Origin: the human T2T-CHM13v2.0 reference genome, Homo sapiens
Direction: 5' to 3' (one strand)
DNA: 64,000 nt
NCBI RefSeq assembly: GCF_009914755.1
Contig: NC_060943.1
Position 1 is the first letter of the stretch, and the number at the start of each line of letters is the position of its first letter. Below are positions 41,706-54,747 of this stretch, one piece after another. The notes beneath the pieces are model-generated. The model was given only the letters and a program-made list of their open reading frames with translations, ran no database searches and had not been told where the DNA came from. The position numbers and the translations under genes were made by a program.

Positions 41706-42039
41706 CCTAAGAGGCCGGGCGCGGTGGCTCACGCCTGTAATCCCAGGACTTTTGGGAGGCTGAGGCGGGCGTATGACCTGAGGTCTGGAGTTCGAGATCA
41801 GCCTGGCCAACATGGTGAAACCCCATCTCTAGTAAAAATAAAAAAATAAATAAATAAAAATTAGCCGGGCCTGGTGGTGCGCACCTGTAATCCCAGCTAA
41901 TCGGAAGGCTGAGGCAGGAGAATCGCTTGAACCTGGAGGCGAGGTTGCAGTGAGCCGAGATCGCGCCACTACATTTCAGCCTGGGCGACATAGCAAGATT
42001 CCCTCTCAAAAAAAAAAAAAAAAAAAAAAAATTAACAAC

Positions 42040-42700
42040 AGAAACTGAAGACCCCAGGGCCGCAGCTCCTCCTGCGCACACACCGAGTCGGGATTCTGCC
42101 CCGATCATCCGCCGGGCATCCCTGAACAATCTGGGAAATACTCGGGGCTGCTGGTGCAGAGCTGACCAGAGAGCTCCAGACAGGGTACCGCGCAGGAATG
42201 GGGCGGGACGCGGGAGGCTCGGCTGCGGGCCCAGCCGCCATCTTGCGGCCAGAGGGGCCTGGGGCGGAGCTGCGCCAGCGACCAGGACTCAGGAGCGGAC
42301 TGTGAGGAGGCCGGTCCCGCCACTTTCACAGCCTGCTCTCCCCTCTCGGGATGCCTAACCCCGCACACTCACCATTTCCCAGCTTCCAGGATGTCCGGGC
42401 ATCTTAGCTGTGCGTCTCCCAGGACTTGCAGATCACAGGGTAACGGAGGCTGCGACAAAGTCACCGGGGATTCCCGAGTTGGAGAACGCGGAAAAGCAGA
42501 GGCGGGTCCCAAGGTCTAGCGGGAGCTGGAGACAAAGGCCCCGCCAAAAGCCGGAAGCCACGGCCCCCTCTCCAACTGCGCGTCTGATTGGGTGGTTCCC
42601 ACGCCAGCGCCACTGATTGGATAAAGCTCCAGGACCCACCCTCCCTAGCGTTTGCGCATTTTATGGACAGGGAAACAGGCTCAAGTAGGCGGGGCACATG
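42040..42700 (-). promoter_or_regulatory. Distal CpG-island promoter, paralogous to the proximal one
   Basis: CpG-rich. CCGGAAG at 42551-42557, CCAAT boxes at 42587 and 42616, and YY1 GCCGCCATCTTG at 42234-42245. Confidence 0.83.
42373..42402 (-). CDS. ZNF43: Distal paralogous first exon, coding part MPGHPGSWEM (exon extends to about 42545); probable ZNF43 alternative exon 1
   Basis: cagctaagATGCCCGGACATCCTGGAAGCTGGGAAATG|gtgagtg. It ends in phase 0, so it is in frame with the KRAB-A exon, and I see no other KRAB exon between it and 9687. Confidence 0.8.
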
Positions 42701-43504
42701 CCCAGGGAATTACAGCTAATCAAGTGAGCTGAGCCTTGAAATGCACTTGCTTTTTTCCTTCCCTGGGTCAGCTTGTATAGTGCATCTTAGTAGCTACTGA
42801 AGGGGAAGAAACAGAACATTTGGATACCCTTTTAACAACTTTTTAATTATGTTGACAATGCAGCAAAGACCCTCGTCCCATCCCTGAGGGTCTCTCTCAC
42901 CGTGCTGTACCACACTGCTGTACACATCTTGGGATGACCATTAGGAACGGGGAAGCAGCTGGGGCTAGGGATAGATAAACATGAATTATGTTGCCTAAAT
43001 TTGCTCATTTTAGAAAAACATCTAAACCAATCTCTGTGAAGTGGCTATTATCAGGGTAATTGTGCCCTGACTGTGCTACATCTCAATCTGACTTCTCTTT
43101 TTTTAAAATAACTGCATTACTCTCATTAACGGGGTTATTTCACTTTCTATTGGAAAATCGCCAATTGTCCTCTGTAGGTGTCCTGATGTAATTTGCTAGT
43201 TTAGACCCTGGAGGTAGGGATAAGAAAATACTTGAGCTACATCAGAACACCTAACTCAACTGGAGGATATATAGAAATTCCTTAATAATATCTAACAGTT
43301 TTCTCAATACCCATTATATTTAACAGTGATAGCTTGGAGGGCTGAGAGGTGAAACAGATGACACAACCTTAGAAGTTCACTTTTGTTGCCGGCGTGGTGG
43401 CTCACGCCTGTAATCCCAGCACTTTGGGAGGCCGAGGCGGGCGGATCACGAGGTCAGGAGATGGAGACCATCCTAGCCAACATGGTGAAACCCCGTCTCT
43501 ACTA

Positions 43505-43729
<225 letters not shown>

Positions 43730-44410
43730 TCAGCCAATCAGATGCTGGTATTGAGGTGAAAACAGAAACGATTTCTGCCTCTGGATTCTCTGAGATTCGT
43801 GGGAAAAATGGTATCCCTAAAAAACAAAGCAAGACACAAAAACCTGACCCCGGTGAGATGGTGCAAGAACTTGCAAAGTAAAATGCACTTGGAAACTCCC
43901 TGGGACATAGTGCAGTGTCTCCTGAGAGGTCATAAAAGAGGTGGGTTTCAGAAAATAAATCTAATCACGCATTCCATTTGTTTAAAATTCTCATTTACCC
44001 TTTTTTTTTTTTCCTGTAAGGTGTGTTTTTTATGGCTGAGTGAATTTCAAACAGAATTCCAAGGCTTATCTTTTAAAATGCTACCAAAGAAAAGAATAGG
44101 TAAAATATATTTTCCGTTTTGGCTGTAAAAAATGCATACATTAAAAAAAAAGTGGTAGATAATGGGCAAGTTACAAGATTCGCAAAAACATCAGTTCCTC
44201 TTTGTGCAGGGTAAATTTGTGACATTGACTATACCTGTTCTACATCCTGTTATCTTGATTTCTGGGTTTAATGTCAAATTTTGTAAGATGAAACTTGGAA
44301 CCTACTAAAAGTGTTCCCATATGACTAATTACTACATGATTTTTAATGGAAATAATATAATAACACACTTATTGTCTGAAAGGAATAGATACTTTTGCTT
44401 TTCTTACTGA

Positions 44411-44814
<404 letters not shown>

Positions 44815-45058
44815 TTAAAGCTTGCACCCAGTGACTCCAAGCTAAAGCTAATATTGATCCTGCAATAGGAGGTTATTAAAGGCCCAGTTTGTTCTTCCTT
44901 GGGAGCTTCCTGGGCAGATGTCCAAGTCCTGAAAGAAGACTATATACTGAGAGAAGCTACAGAGCCCTGGAAAGCTGGGGACCCACAGGCAGATGCATTT
45001 AAGGTTAAGATGGAAGGGGACTGACATACTCTTTTTTTTTTTTTTTTTTTTTTTGTGA

Positions 45059-45157
<99 letters not shown>

Positions 45158-45333
45158 TGAATAGCTGGGATTACAGGCATGCACCACCACGCCCAGCTAA
45201 TTTTCTATTTTTAGTAGAGACGGAGTTTCTCCATGTGGGTCAGGCTGGTCTCAAACTTCTGACCTCACGATCCACGTGCCTCGGCCTCCCAAAGTGCTGA
45301 GATTACAGGCATGAGCCACCGCGCCCGGCCTGA

Positions 45334-45469
<136 letters not shown>

Positions 45470-45689
45470 TAGCTGGGACTACAGGCGCGTGCCACCACGC
45501 CCAGCTAATTCTTTGTATTTTTAGTAGAGACGGAGTTTCACAGTGTTAGCCAGGATGGTCTCGATCTCTTGACCTTGTGATCCACCCGCCTCAGCCTCCC
45601 AAAGTGCCGGGATTACAGGTGTGAGCCACCGCACCTGGCCCCCTGAAAGATTCTTCCTGAAGATAATATTGTTCTTGTTTTGAGGCCGT

Positions 45690-46520
45690 TTCTAAAAGTT
45701 GTAAAATAAAACAGATTTATGTAGAATAATTTAAAATCCAAAGAAGTATTGAAACAGGAAGAAGTACTAATTATAAGAGCATTAAGGATTGCAAAGGATA
45801 GGCAGACCAGGGCTTTCTTTCATAGGGAGGAGCAAACAAGATTTAAAGATAAGGTAGGAGGAGAATGGCAAATGGAGAGTGAAAAAAATCAGATTCTGGT
45901 TCAGGAGAATCTTAGGAGGGACATAAAATGGGATTGTATTTTGGCTCAGACTGAGGGTAGGGTAGCTTAAAGTTCAGGAGTCTGTGGGAAAGAAATAAAC
46001 TTAAGTGAGGTTTGATTTAGAAGTAGTTTATTTTGACTGCTGAAGACAAATTTAGCTGATTTTTTAATGAGAACAAGGAGAAAATGTGCAGAGCCTATTT
46101 CTGGCTATGTGGTAGCACCCTGTAATTCATAATTGGAAAGGAATTTATGTTCTTCGTCTTTCCCCACCTTTTTTTTATTCTGTACATTTTTTCCATTTCA
46201 GTTTTCCTGAGTTGTATCTTATATAATTAACTGGTCACCATAACTGCAGTGTTTTGCTGAGTTCTGTGAGTAGCTCTATCAAATTATTTAACTTGAGGGA
46301 GGTTATGGAGGTCCTCACTTTTTCAAAAGTACCTCAGAAGCATAGATAAGCCCGTGGGGTTTGTGAGTGGCATCTGCACTAAGGAAAAACTTATGGAACC
46401 GAACCCTGAATCAGGGTCTGTGTTGATTCTGGGTGGTATCAGAATTCAAATGTTAGACAATAGGTTGGTGTTGGAGAATTGCTTGGTGTTCAGCAAACTC
46501 TATAGGTTTGCCAGAAAAAC
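45690..46520. mobile_element. Old ERV LTR fragments (MER92-like, then a MER21/MER77-like 3' part)
   Basis: ctgagttctgtgagtagctctatcaaattatt...gagtggcatctg...ggttggtgttggagaattgcttggtg is a MER21/77-type end. The subfamily calls are tentative. Confidence 0.45.
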
Positions 46521-46915
46521 AATATAATAGAGACCTGGCCTGGAATAAAACTCTGGGTGTCTGGAAATGGAAAGCTCTGCTCTCCTGTACACAGGCTGTC
46601 ACACTGCCCATTGTCCTGTGATTCCAGGTCTACTACCAGTATGAGAGAAGACTGAAAACTTAGAAGAAAACTACTTTGGCCAGGCACGGTGGCTCATGCC
46701 TGTAATCATAGCACTTTAGGAGGCCGAGGCAGGCGGATCACGTGAGGTCAGGGGTTCAAGACCAGCCTGATCAACAACATAGTGAAACCCTTCTCTAGAA
46801 AAATACAAAAATTAGCCAGGTATGGTGGCGGGTGCCTGTAATCCCAGCTACTTCAGAGGCTGAGGCAGGAGCATCACTTGAACCGGGGAAGGTGGAGGTT
46901 GCAGCGAGCCGAGAT

Positions 46916-47557
46916 TGTCGTACCTGAGCGAGTTAGCAAAACGCCACACTTTGAGACGAATTAAGAGTCCTTTATTCAGCCGGCGGCCAAAGAGACTGCT
47001 AAAGCTCAAAATTCTCTCGGCCCCGAGGAAGGGGCTTGATTAACTTTTATACTTTGGTTTAGGAAAGGGAGGGGAGCTTAAATGCAACAACTCTTCAGAA
47101 GTAAAAACATGCAAGAAATTAAAAGGACAAATGGTTACAGAGAAACAAACAACTTAAAAGACAAATGGTTACAAAAAAAGCAAAGGTACCAGGTGCGGGG
47201 ATCTAAATCCTTCATAAGAGTTAGATATGGGCACTACTCCGGACACAAACTCAAGGCTTTATGGTGTTATCTTTTGAGCAAAATCCTGGGAACTTCATAC
47301 ATGGTTTGTTTCGGTACCTTATCAGTTAATTGAATTCTTTTGATATGTTGAGAATCTGTTTACACAAGTTAACTCCTTGAAGAAGGGGGTGGGTAAGGAG
47401 TCCTTAATGTCTTGTAAATCACGGGGGCCAGATGGAGTTCGTCCAGCTTTTCTCAGCTAAGGGAGAGTTTATTCATGTGGAAACAAGTCTAGGTGATTAA
47501 GGGAGCAAAAGAGAGAGTCTAAAAACAGGGTTAGTAAAAACAAGGTTGGGCATTATA
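46916..47557 (-). mobile_element. LTR6-like (HERV-S71 type) solo LTR
   Basis: The reverse strand begins ..taatgcccaaccttgtttttactaaccctg and ends ..ctcaaagtgtggcgttttgctaactcgctcaggtacgaca, with an AATAAA near its 3' end. Confidence 0.7.
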
Positions 47558-49473
47558 ACACTTGGCTGTAGGGTGGACCCAGTGCACCACTGCCCACAGC
47601 CACTGGCTGGCTTCTCAGTTGAGCCACCAGTTTGATCACATATGGGCTGTGAGCTGCAGGTGTTACACTTGGCCACCAGCTCCAAATATTGAAGGTCGAC
47701 CTTAATATTTAATATCAAACATTTAAATATTTACACGCAGTAGTGTCTCCTAGGTCCAGCAGAGGGCTGTGATCATGGCTCGCTGAGGCCTCGAACCCAC
47801 TCCCCTGCCCTAGGGCTCGCCCACGTGGGCCTCCCATTTCCCTCTTCTGAGGAGCTGGGGCCCCAGTGATCTTCCTGTGATTTTTTTTTCTAGTTCCACT
47901 TCCATTTTCTTTTTGCATCACTTTAGTTGTTGTTTTCCTTTGTTCTCTGTCTCTTTATGCTCCTTCCTGCACACTAAAGTTGTTGTTTTAATTTCTTTCT
48001 TTCTTCTTCTTTTTCTTTCTTTTTTCTGAGTGAAGTCTTCTCACTGTCATGCAGGCTAGAGTGCAGTTGGGCAACCATAGCTCCCTGCAGCCTCGACCTC
48101 CCTGGTCTCAGGGGTTGCTCCTGTCTCAGCCTCCCAAGTGGCTGAAACTACAGGGATAGCTTGATCACGCCACTGCCCTACAGCCTGGGTGACAGAAGAA
48201 AACCCTGCCAGAGGGAGATGGGGGGTACAGTTAATTAGGATCTTATTTACCTTTGTTCACTCCGTTAAAAAAATTTTAATATTGTTTGTTCTTTCTTTGT
48301 CACTTGTTACTGTTTGTTTTTATTATTATTATTATTTATTTTTATTTTTAGACAGGTTCTCACTTTGTCACCCAGGCTGCAATACAGTGGTGTGATCTTA
48401 ACTCACAGCAGCCTCAACCTCCCAGGTTCAAGCAATCCTCTCATTTCAGCCCCCACACTCCCCAGTAGCTGAGAGTACAGGCACACACCACCCGCCACTG
48501 GCTAACCTTACTTTGTGATTTGTACATTTTATTTTTGTAGAGATGGGGTTCTGTCAGGCCTCTGAGCCCAAGCCTGCACATATACATCCAGATGGCCTGA
48601 GGCAACTGAAGAACAATGAAAGAAGTGAAAATGGCCAGTTCCTGCCTTAACTGATGACAATCCACCATTGTGATTTGTTCCTACCCCACCCTGACTGATC
48701 AATTAACCTTGTGACATTCCTTCTCCTGGACAATGAGTCTCAGAAGCTCCCTTACCGAGCACCTTGTAATCCCCCCCACCCCGCTGCCTGCAAGAGAAAA
48801 ATTCCCTTTGACTGTAATTTTCCACTACCTACCCCAATCCTATAAAACTGCCCCACCCCTATCTCCCTTTGCTGGCTCTGTTTTCAGACTCAGCCCACTT
48901 GCACCCAAGTGAAATAAACAACCTTGTTCCTCACACAAAGCCTGTTGGTGGACTCTCTTCACACAGATGTGTGTGTCATTTGGTGCTGAAGACCTGGGAC
49001 AGGGGGAATCCTTTGGGAGACTGGTCCCCTGTACTCACCCTCACTCCATGAGGAGATCCACCCATGACCTTTGGTCCTCAGACCAGCCCAAGGAACATCT
49101 CACCAATTTTAAGTCTGGTAAGCGGCCTCTTTTTTTTCTCTTCTCCAGCCTTTCTCACTATCCCTCCTTTCCCTTCCTGGTAGAAACAGAGGAGAGGCAT
49201 TTTATTCGTGAACTCAAAACCCTGGCATTGGTCACAGACTGAGGAAGACAGTCTTCCCTTGGTGTCTAAGTCACTGCAGGGACACCTGCCTGATTATTCA
49301 CCCACATTTCAGGGACGTCTGATCACTGCAGGGATGCCTGCCTTGATCCTTCACCTTGGTGGCAGGTACCACCTCCCCTTGGTGGCAAGTACCACCTCCC
49401 CTAGATGGCGAGTACCACGCCCCCTCTCTCCATGTCTCTACCCTCTCTTTTCTCTGGGCTTGCCTCTTTCACT

Positions 49474-50750
49474 ATGGGCAACATTCCATTCTCCATTCCC
49501 CCTTCTTCTCCCTTAGCCTGTGTTCTTAAAAACCTAAAACTCCTTCGACTAACACCTGACCTAAAACCTAAACATCTTATTTTCTTTTGTAATACTGCTT
49601 GGCCCCAACAGAAACTCGATAATAGTTCCAAGTGGGCAGAGAATGGCACTTTCAATTTGCCTATCCTGCAAGACCTAGACAATTTTTGTCATAAAATGTG
49701 CAAATGGTCTGAAGTGCCTGACTTCCAGGCATTCTTTTACACATCAGTCCCTCCCTAGTCTCTGCTCCCAATGCGACTCATCCGAAATCTTTCTTCTTTC
49801 TCTCCTGTCTGTTCCTTCGATCTCCACCCCGAGCTCTGAGTCCTTGGAATCTTCCTTTTCTATGGACCCATCTGACATCTCCCCTCCACCCCAGGCCGCT
49901 CCTCACCAGGCTGAGCCAGGTCCCAATTCTTCCTCAGCTTCCACTCCCCAACCCTATAATCCTTCTGTCACCTCCCCTCCTCACACCCAGTCTGACTTAC
50001 AGTTTCATTCCATGACTAGCCCTCCCCCAGCTGCTCAACAATTTCCTCTTAAAGAGGTGGCTGGAGCTAAAGGCATAGTCAAGATTAATGCCCCTTTTTC
50101 TTTATCTGACCTCTCCCAAATCAGTTAGTGTTTAGGCTCTTTTTCATCAAATGTAAAAACCCAACCCAGTTCATGGCCCATTTGGCAATAACCCTTAGAC
50201 ACTTTACCCCCCTAGACCCAGAGGGGTCAGAAGGCCATCTTATTCTCAATGTACATTTTATTATCCAATCCACTCCCAATATTAGAAAAAGCTCCAAAAA
50301 TTAGATTCCAGCCCTCAAACCCCACAATAGGACTTAATTAACCTCACCTTTGAGGTGTACAATAATAAAGAAGAGGCAGCCAAATGGCAACATATTTCTG
50401 AGTTGCAATTACTTGCCTCTGCTGTGAGAGAAAAACCACAGCCACATCTCCAGCACACAAGACCTTCGAAACACCTAAACCGCAGCAGCCAGGCATTCCT
50501 CCAGGACCTCCTTCCCCAGGATCTCCTTCCCCAGCATCTTGCTTCAAGTGCCAGAAATCTGGCCACTGGGCTAAGGAATGCCTGCAGTCCAGGATTCCTC
50601 CTAAGCCCTGTCTCATCTGTGTGGGACCCCACTATAAATTGGACTGTCCAACTCACCCAGCAGCCACTCCCAGAGCCTCTGGAACTCTGGCCCAAGACTC
50701 TCTGACTGACTCCTTCCCAGATCTTCTCAGCTTAGCAGCTGAAGACTGAT
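49474..50750 (+). pseudogene. HERV-H gag remnant (MA, late-domain region, NC zinc knuckles)
   Basis: MGNIPFSIPPSSPLACVLKNL..LIFFCNTAWPQ..W.ENGTFN (matrix), PQPYNP, and CFKCQKSGHWAKEC..CLICVGPHYKLDC at ~50540-50646. Frameshifted. Confidence 0.85.
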
Positions 50751-50810
50751 GCCGCCCAACTGCCTTGGAAGCCTCCTAGACCATCACAGACACTTTGGGT
50801 AACTCCTACA

Positions 50811-53270
50811 GTGGAGGGTAAGTCCATCCCTTTCTTAATCAATACAGAAACTACCCACTCCACATTACCTTCTTTTCAAGGGCCTGTTTCCCTTGCATCC
50901 ATAACTGTTGTGGGTATTGATGGCCAGGCTTCTAAACCTCTTAAAACTCCCCAACTCTGGTGCCAACTTGGACAACATTCTTTTATGCACTCCCTTTTAG
51001 TTATCCCTATCTGCCCAGCTCCCTTATTAGGTCAAGACATTTTAACTAAATTATCTGCTTCCCTGACTATTCCCGGGCTACAGCCACACCTCATTGTCAC
51101 CCTTTTCCCCAGTTCAAAACCTCCTTCACATCCTCCCCTTGTGTCTCCCTACCTTAATCCACAAGTATGGGATACCTCTACTCCTACCTTGGTGACTGAC
51201 CATGCACGCCTTACCATCCCATTAAAATCTAATCACCCTTACCCGACTCAACACCAATATCCCATCCCACAGCAGGCTTTAAAAGTGTTAAAGCCTGTTA
51301 TCACCAACCTGTTACAACATGGCCTCTTAAAGCCTACAAACTCTCCTTACAACTCTCCTATTCTACCTGTCCAAAAACTGGACGAGTCTTACAGGCTGGT
51401 CCAGGATCGTTGCCTTATCAACCAAATTGTCTTGCCTACCCATCCTGTGATGCCAAACCCATATACTCTCCTATCCTCAATACCTCTCTCCACAACCCAT
51501 TATTCTGTTCTGTATCTCAAACATGCTTTCTTTACTATTCCTTTACACCCTCCATCCTAGCCTCTCTTTGCTTTCACTTGGACTGACCCTGACACCCATC
51601 AGCCTCAGCAGCTTACCTAGGCTGTACTGCCACAAGGCTTCAGGGACAGCCCTCATTACTTCAGTCAAGCCCTTTCTCATGATTACTTTCTTTCTATCCA
51701 TCTGCTTCTCACCTTATTCAATATTTTGCCGACCTTCTACTTTACATCCCCTCCTATGATTCTTCCCAACAGGAGACCCTCCTGCTCCTCCAACATCTAT
51801 TCTCAAAAGGATATCCTCCTCCAAAGCCCAAATTTCTTTATCTTCTGTTACCTATCTTGGCATAATTCCTCATAAAAACACACATGCTCTTCTTGCTGAT
51901 TGTGTCTGGTTAATTTCCCAAACCCCAACCCCTTCCACAAAGAAACAACTCCTTTCCTTCCTAGGCATGGTTAGATACTTTTGCTTTTGGATAGCTGCTT
52001 TTGCCATCCTGACTAAACCATGTAAACTCACAAATGGAAACCTAGCTGACCTCATAGATCCTGGATCCTTTCCCCACTCCTCTTTCCATTCCTTAAAAAC
52101 AGCCCTAGAATCTGCTCCCACACTAGCTCTCCCTAACTCATCCCAACCCTTTTCATTAACACAGCCAAAGTACAGGGCTGTGCAGTCGAAATTCTTACAT
52201 GAGAGCCAGGACTGCACCCTGCAGCCTTTCTGTCCAAACAACTTGACCTTACTGTTTTAGGCTAGCCCTCATGTCTCTGTGCAGCAGCTGCTGCCGCTTT
52301 AGTACCTTTAGAGGACCTCAAAATCACAAGCTATGCTCCACTTACTCTCTACAGTTCCCATAACTGTCAAAATCTATTTTCCTCCTTGCACTTGATGCAT
52401 ATATTTTCTGCCCTCTGGCTCCTTTAACTGTACTCACTATTTGTTAAGTCTCCCACAATTACCATTGTTCCTGGCCCAGACTTCAGTCTGGCCTCTCATC
52501 TTATTCCTGATACTACACCTGAACCCCATGACTATGTCTCTCTAATCCACATGGCATTCTCCCCATTTCCCCATATTTCCCTCTTTCCTGTTCCCCACCC
52601 AGACTGCGCTTGGTTTATTGACAGTAGTTCTTCCAGACCCAATCGCCAATCACCAGCAAAGGCAGGCTATGCTATAGTGTCTTCCATCTATCATTGAGGC
52701 TATTTCCCTGTCCCCTTCCACTACCTCTCAACAAGCTAAACTCATTGCCTTAACTTGAGCCCTCATTCTTACAAAGGGACTACATGTCAATATTGATACT
52801 GATTCCAAGTATGCCTTCCACATCCTTCACCTCCATGCTATTACATGGCCAGAAAGAGGTTTCCTCACTACACAAAGGTCTTCAATCATTAATGCCTCCT
52901 TAATAAAAACTTTTCTTAAAGCTGCTCTACTTCCAAAGAAGCTGGAGTCATTCACTGCAAGGGCCATCAAAAGATATCAGATGCCATTGCTCAGGGCAAT
53001 GCTTATGCTGATAAGGTAGCTAAAGAAGCAACTAGCATTCCAACTTCTGTCCCTCATGGCCAGTTTTTCTCTTTCTCATCGGTCACTCCCACCTACTCTC
53101 CCATGGAAATTTCCACCTATCAATCTCTTCCCACACAAGGCAAATGATTCTTGGACCAAGGAAAATTCTTCTTTCCATCATGACAGGCTCATTTCATTCT
53201 ATTGTCCTTTCAAAACCTTTTCTATGTGGGTTACAAGCCACTAGCCCACCTCTTAGAACCCCTCATTTCC
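50811..53270 (+). pseudogene. HERV-H pro/pol remnant (protease, RT, RNase H; integrase largely deleted)
   Basis: FLINTETTHSTL (catalytic DTG lost), SPYNSPILPVQK..YRLVQD, AFFTIPLHP, LPQGFRDSPHYF, QYFADLLL (YxDD lost), WFID..AGYA, and HCKGHQ. Contains stops and frameshifts. Confidence 0.88.
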
Positions 53271-53399
53271 TTTAAGACATTTGCCCTGCATTTCACTCCA
53301 TCATTGACTACCTTCCCCTTTTTCTTCCGACTCTCCTCCCAGCCCCCTTTCTTGTTTGCTTATACCCAACCCTATGAATAGCAATGAAAGGTTTCTTGT

Positions 53400-54140
53400 A
53401 AACAGTATGCACTTTCTCATACACCATAAAAATTGAACCTCCCCCACTACCCAGTTGCCTTATCAGTCCCCATTACAACCTTTAATGGCTGCTGCCCTCA
53501 CTAGATCCCTAAAAGTCTGGGTGCAAGATACCTCTTTTGGTGCTCCAATTTTGCCTCACAACGGTCTCTTCTTCCTCTGTGGCTCCTCCGCCTACATGTG
53601 TCTACCTATTAATTGGACAGGCACATGTACGTTAGTTTTCCTTATCCCAAAAAAATCAATTTGCAAACAGGACCGAACAACTTTCTGTTCCTCTCATGAC
53701 ATCAACACTTCACCACAATTTTCTTTTATTTTTCTGATTAATATGAGAAGACAGGAGTAGGCCTCGGCTTACTTACTGCTGAAAAAGGAGGACTCTGCAT
53801 ATTTCCAAATGAAGAATGTTGTTTTTACCTAAATCAATCTGGCCTGGTATATGACAACATACAAAAACTCAAGGATAGAGCCCAAAACTTGCCAACGAGG
53901 CAAATAATTATGCTGAACCCCCTTGGGCACTCTCTAATTGGATGTCCTGGCTCCTCCTAATTCTTAGTCACTTAATACCTGTTTTTCTCCTTCTCTTATT
54001 CTGACCTTGTGTCTTCCATTTAGTTTCTCAATTCATACAAAACCACATCCAGGCCATTACCAATCATTCTATATGATAAATGCTCCTTCTAACAACCCCA
54101 CAATATCACCCCTTACCACAAAATCTTTCTTCAGTTTAAT
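53400..54140 (+). pseudogene. HERV-H env remnant with a large internal deletion
   Basis: GLFFLCGSSAYMCLPINWTGTCTL (SU C-terminus) and LLTAEKGGLCIFPNEECCFYLNQSG (ISD and CX6CC of TM). Confidence 0.85.
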
Positions 54141-54747
54141 CTCTCCCACTCTAGGTTTCCACACTGCCCCTAATCCTGCTTGAAGCAGCCCTGAGAAACA
54201 TTGCCCATCATCTCTCCATACGACCTCCAAACATTTTTGCCACCCCAACACTTCACCACTATTTTGTTTTGTTTTTTCTTATTAATATAAGAAGACAGGA
54301 ACGTCAGACCTCTGAGCCCAAGCTTGCTTGTATACATCTAGATGGCCTGAGGCAACTGAAGTATAGCCAGATTTTAGGGAATCAGAGAGACTGATGAGGT
54401 TCAGGAGGATATTTATTAATTACTTTGGTTCATCAGCCCAGACGGATTAACATCCAAAGGACTGAGCCCTCAACAAAGACTTAAGTTAGCTTTTAGGCAT
54501 TTTGTGGGTGGGGGGAGATCTGTGCAGGAGGAATCATACTACAGAAGTGAGAAACAAAGACAGTTATTTTGTTGAGACATGCATTACATCATTTCTTACT
54601 TTTCAAGGAAAACCATGTTTTGCGACTTGAGTTTATCTGTCTAGTGACCTTGCAGCTTCACAGCTATGGAATCAGGGTCTTCACAATGCCTGGGAAGTGA
54701 GGAAAGATAAAGCTCACTAGCGATGGAAAAACAGGCAGTTAGTTTTT

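Noticed and set aside
47756-47767. CTCF-like core CCAGCAGAGGGC
   Set aside because: A single motif match with an imperfect 3' flank; binding cannot be supported from sequence alone.
47560-47960. Possible pseudogene fragment in the unique GC-moderate stretch between LTR6 and the Alus
   Set aside because: The ORFs listed here show no recognisable protein similarity, and I found no TSD or poly(A) structure.
50811-51560. 249 aa ORF as a functional retroviral protease/RT
   Set aside because: GTG start, protease DTG replaced by NTE, a stop before the RT catalytic motif, and YxDD mutated to YFAD.
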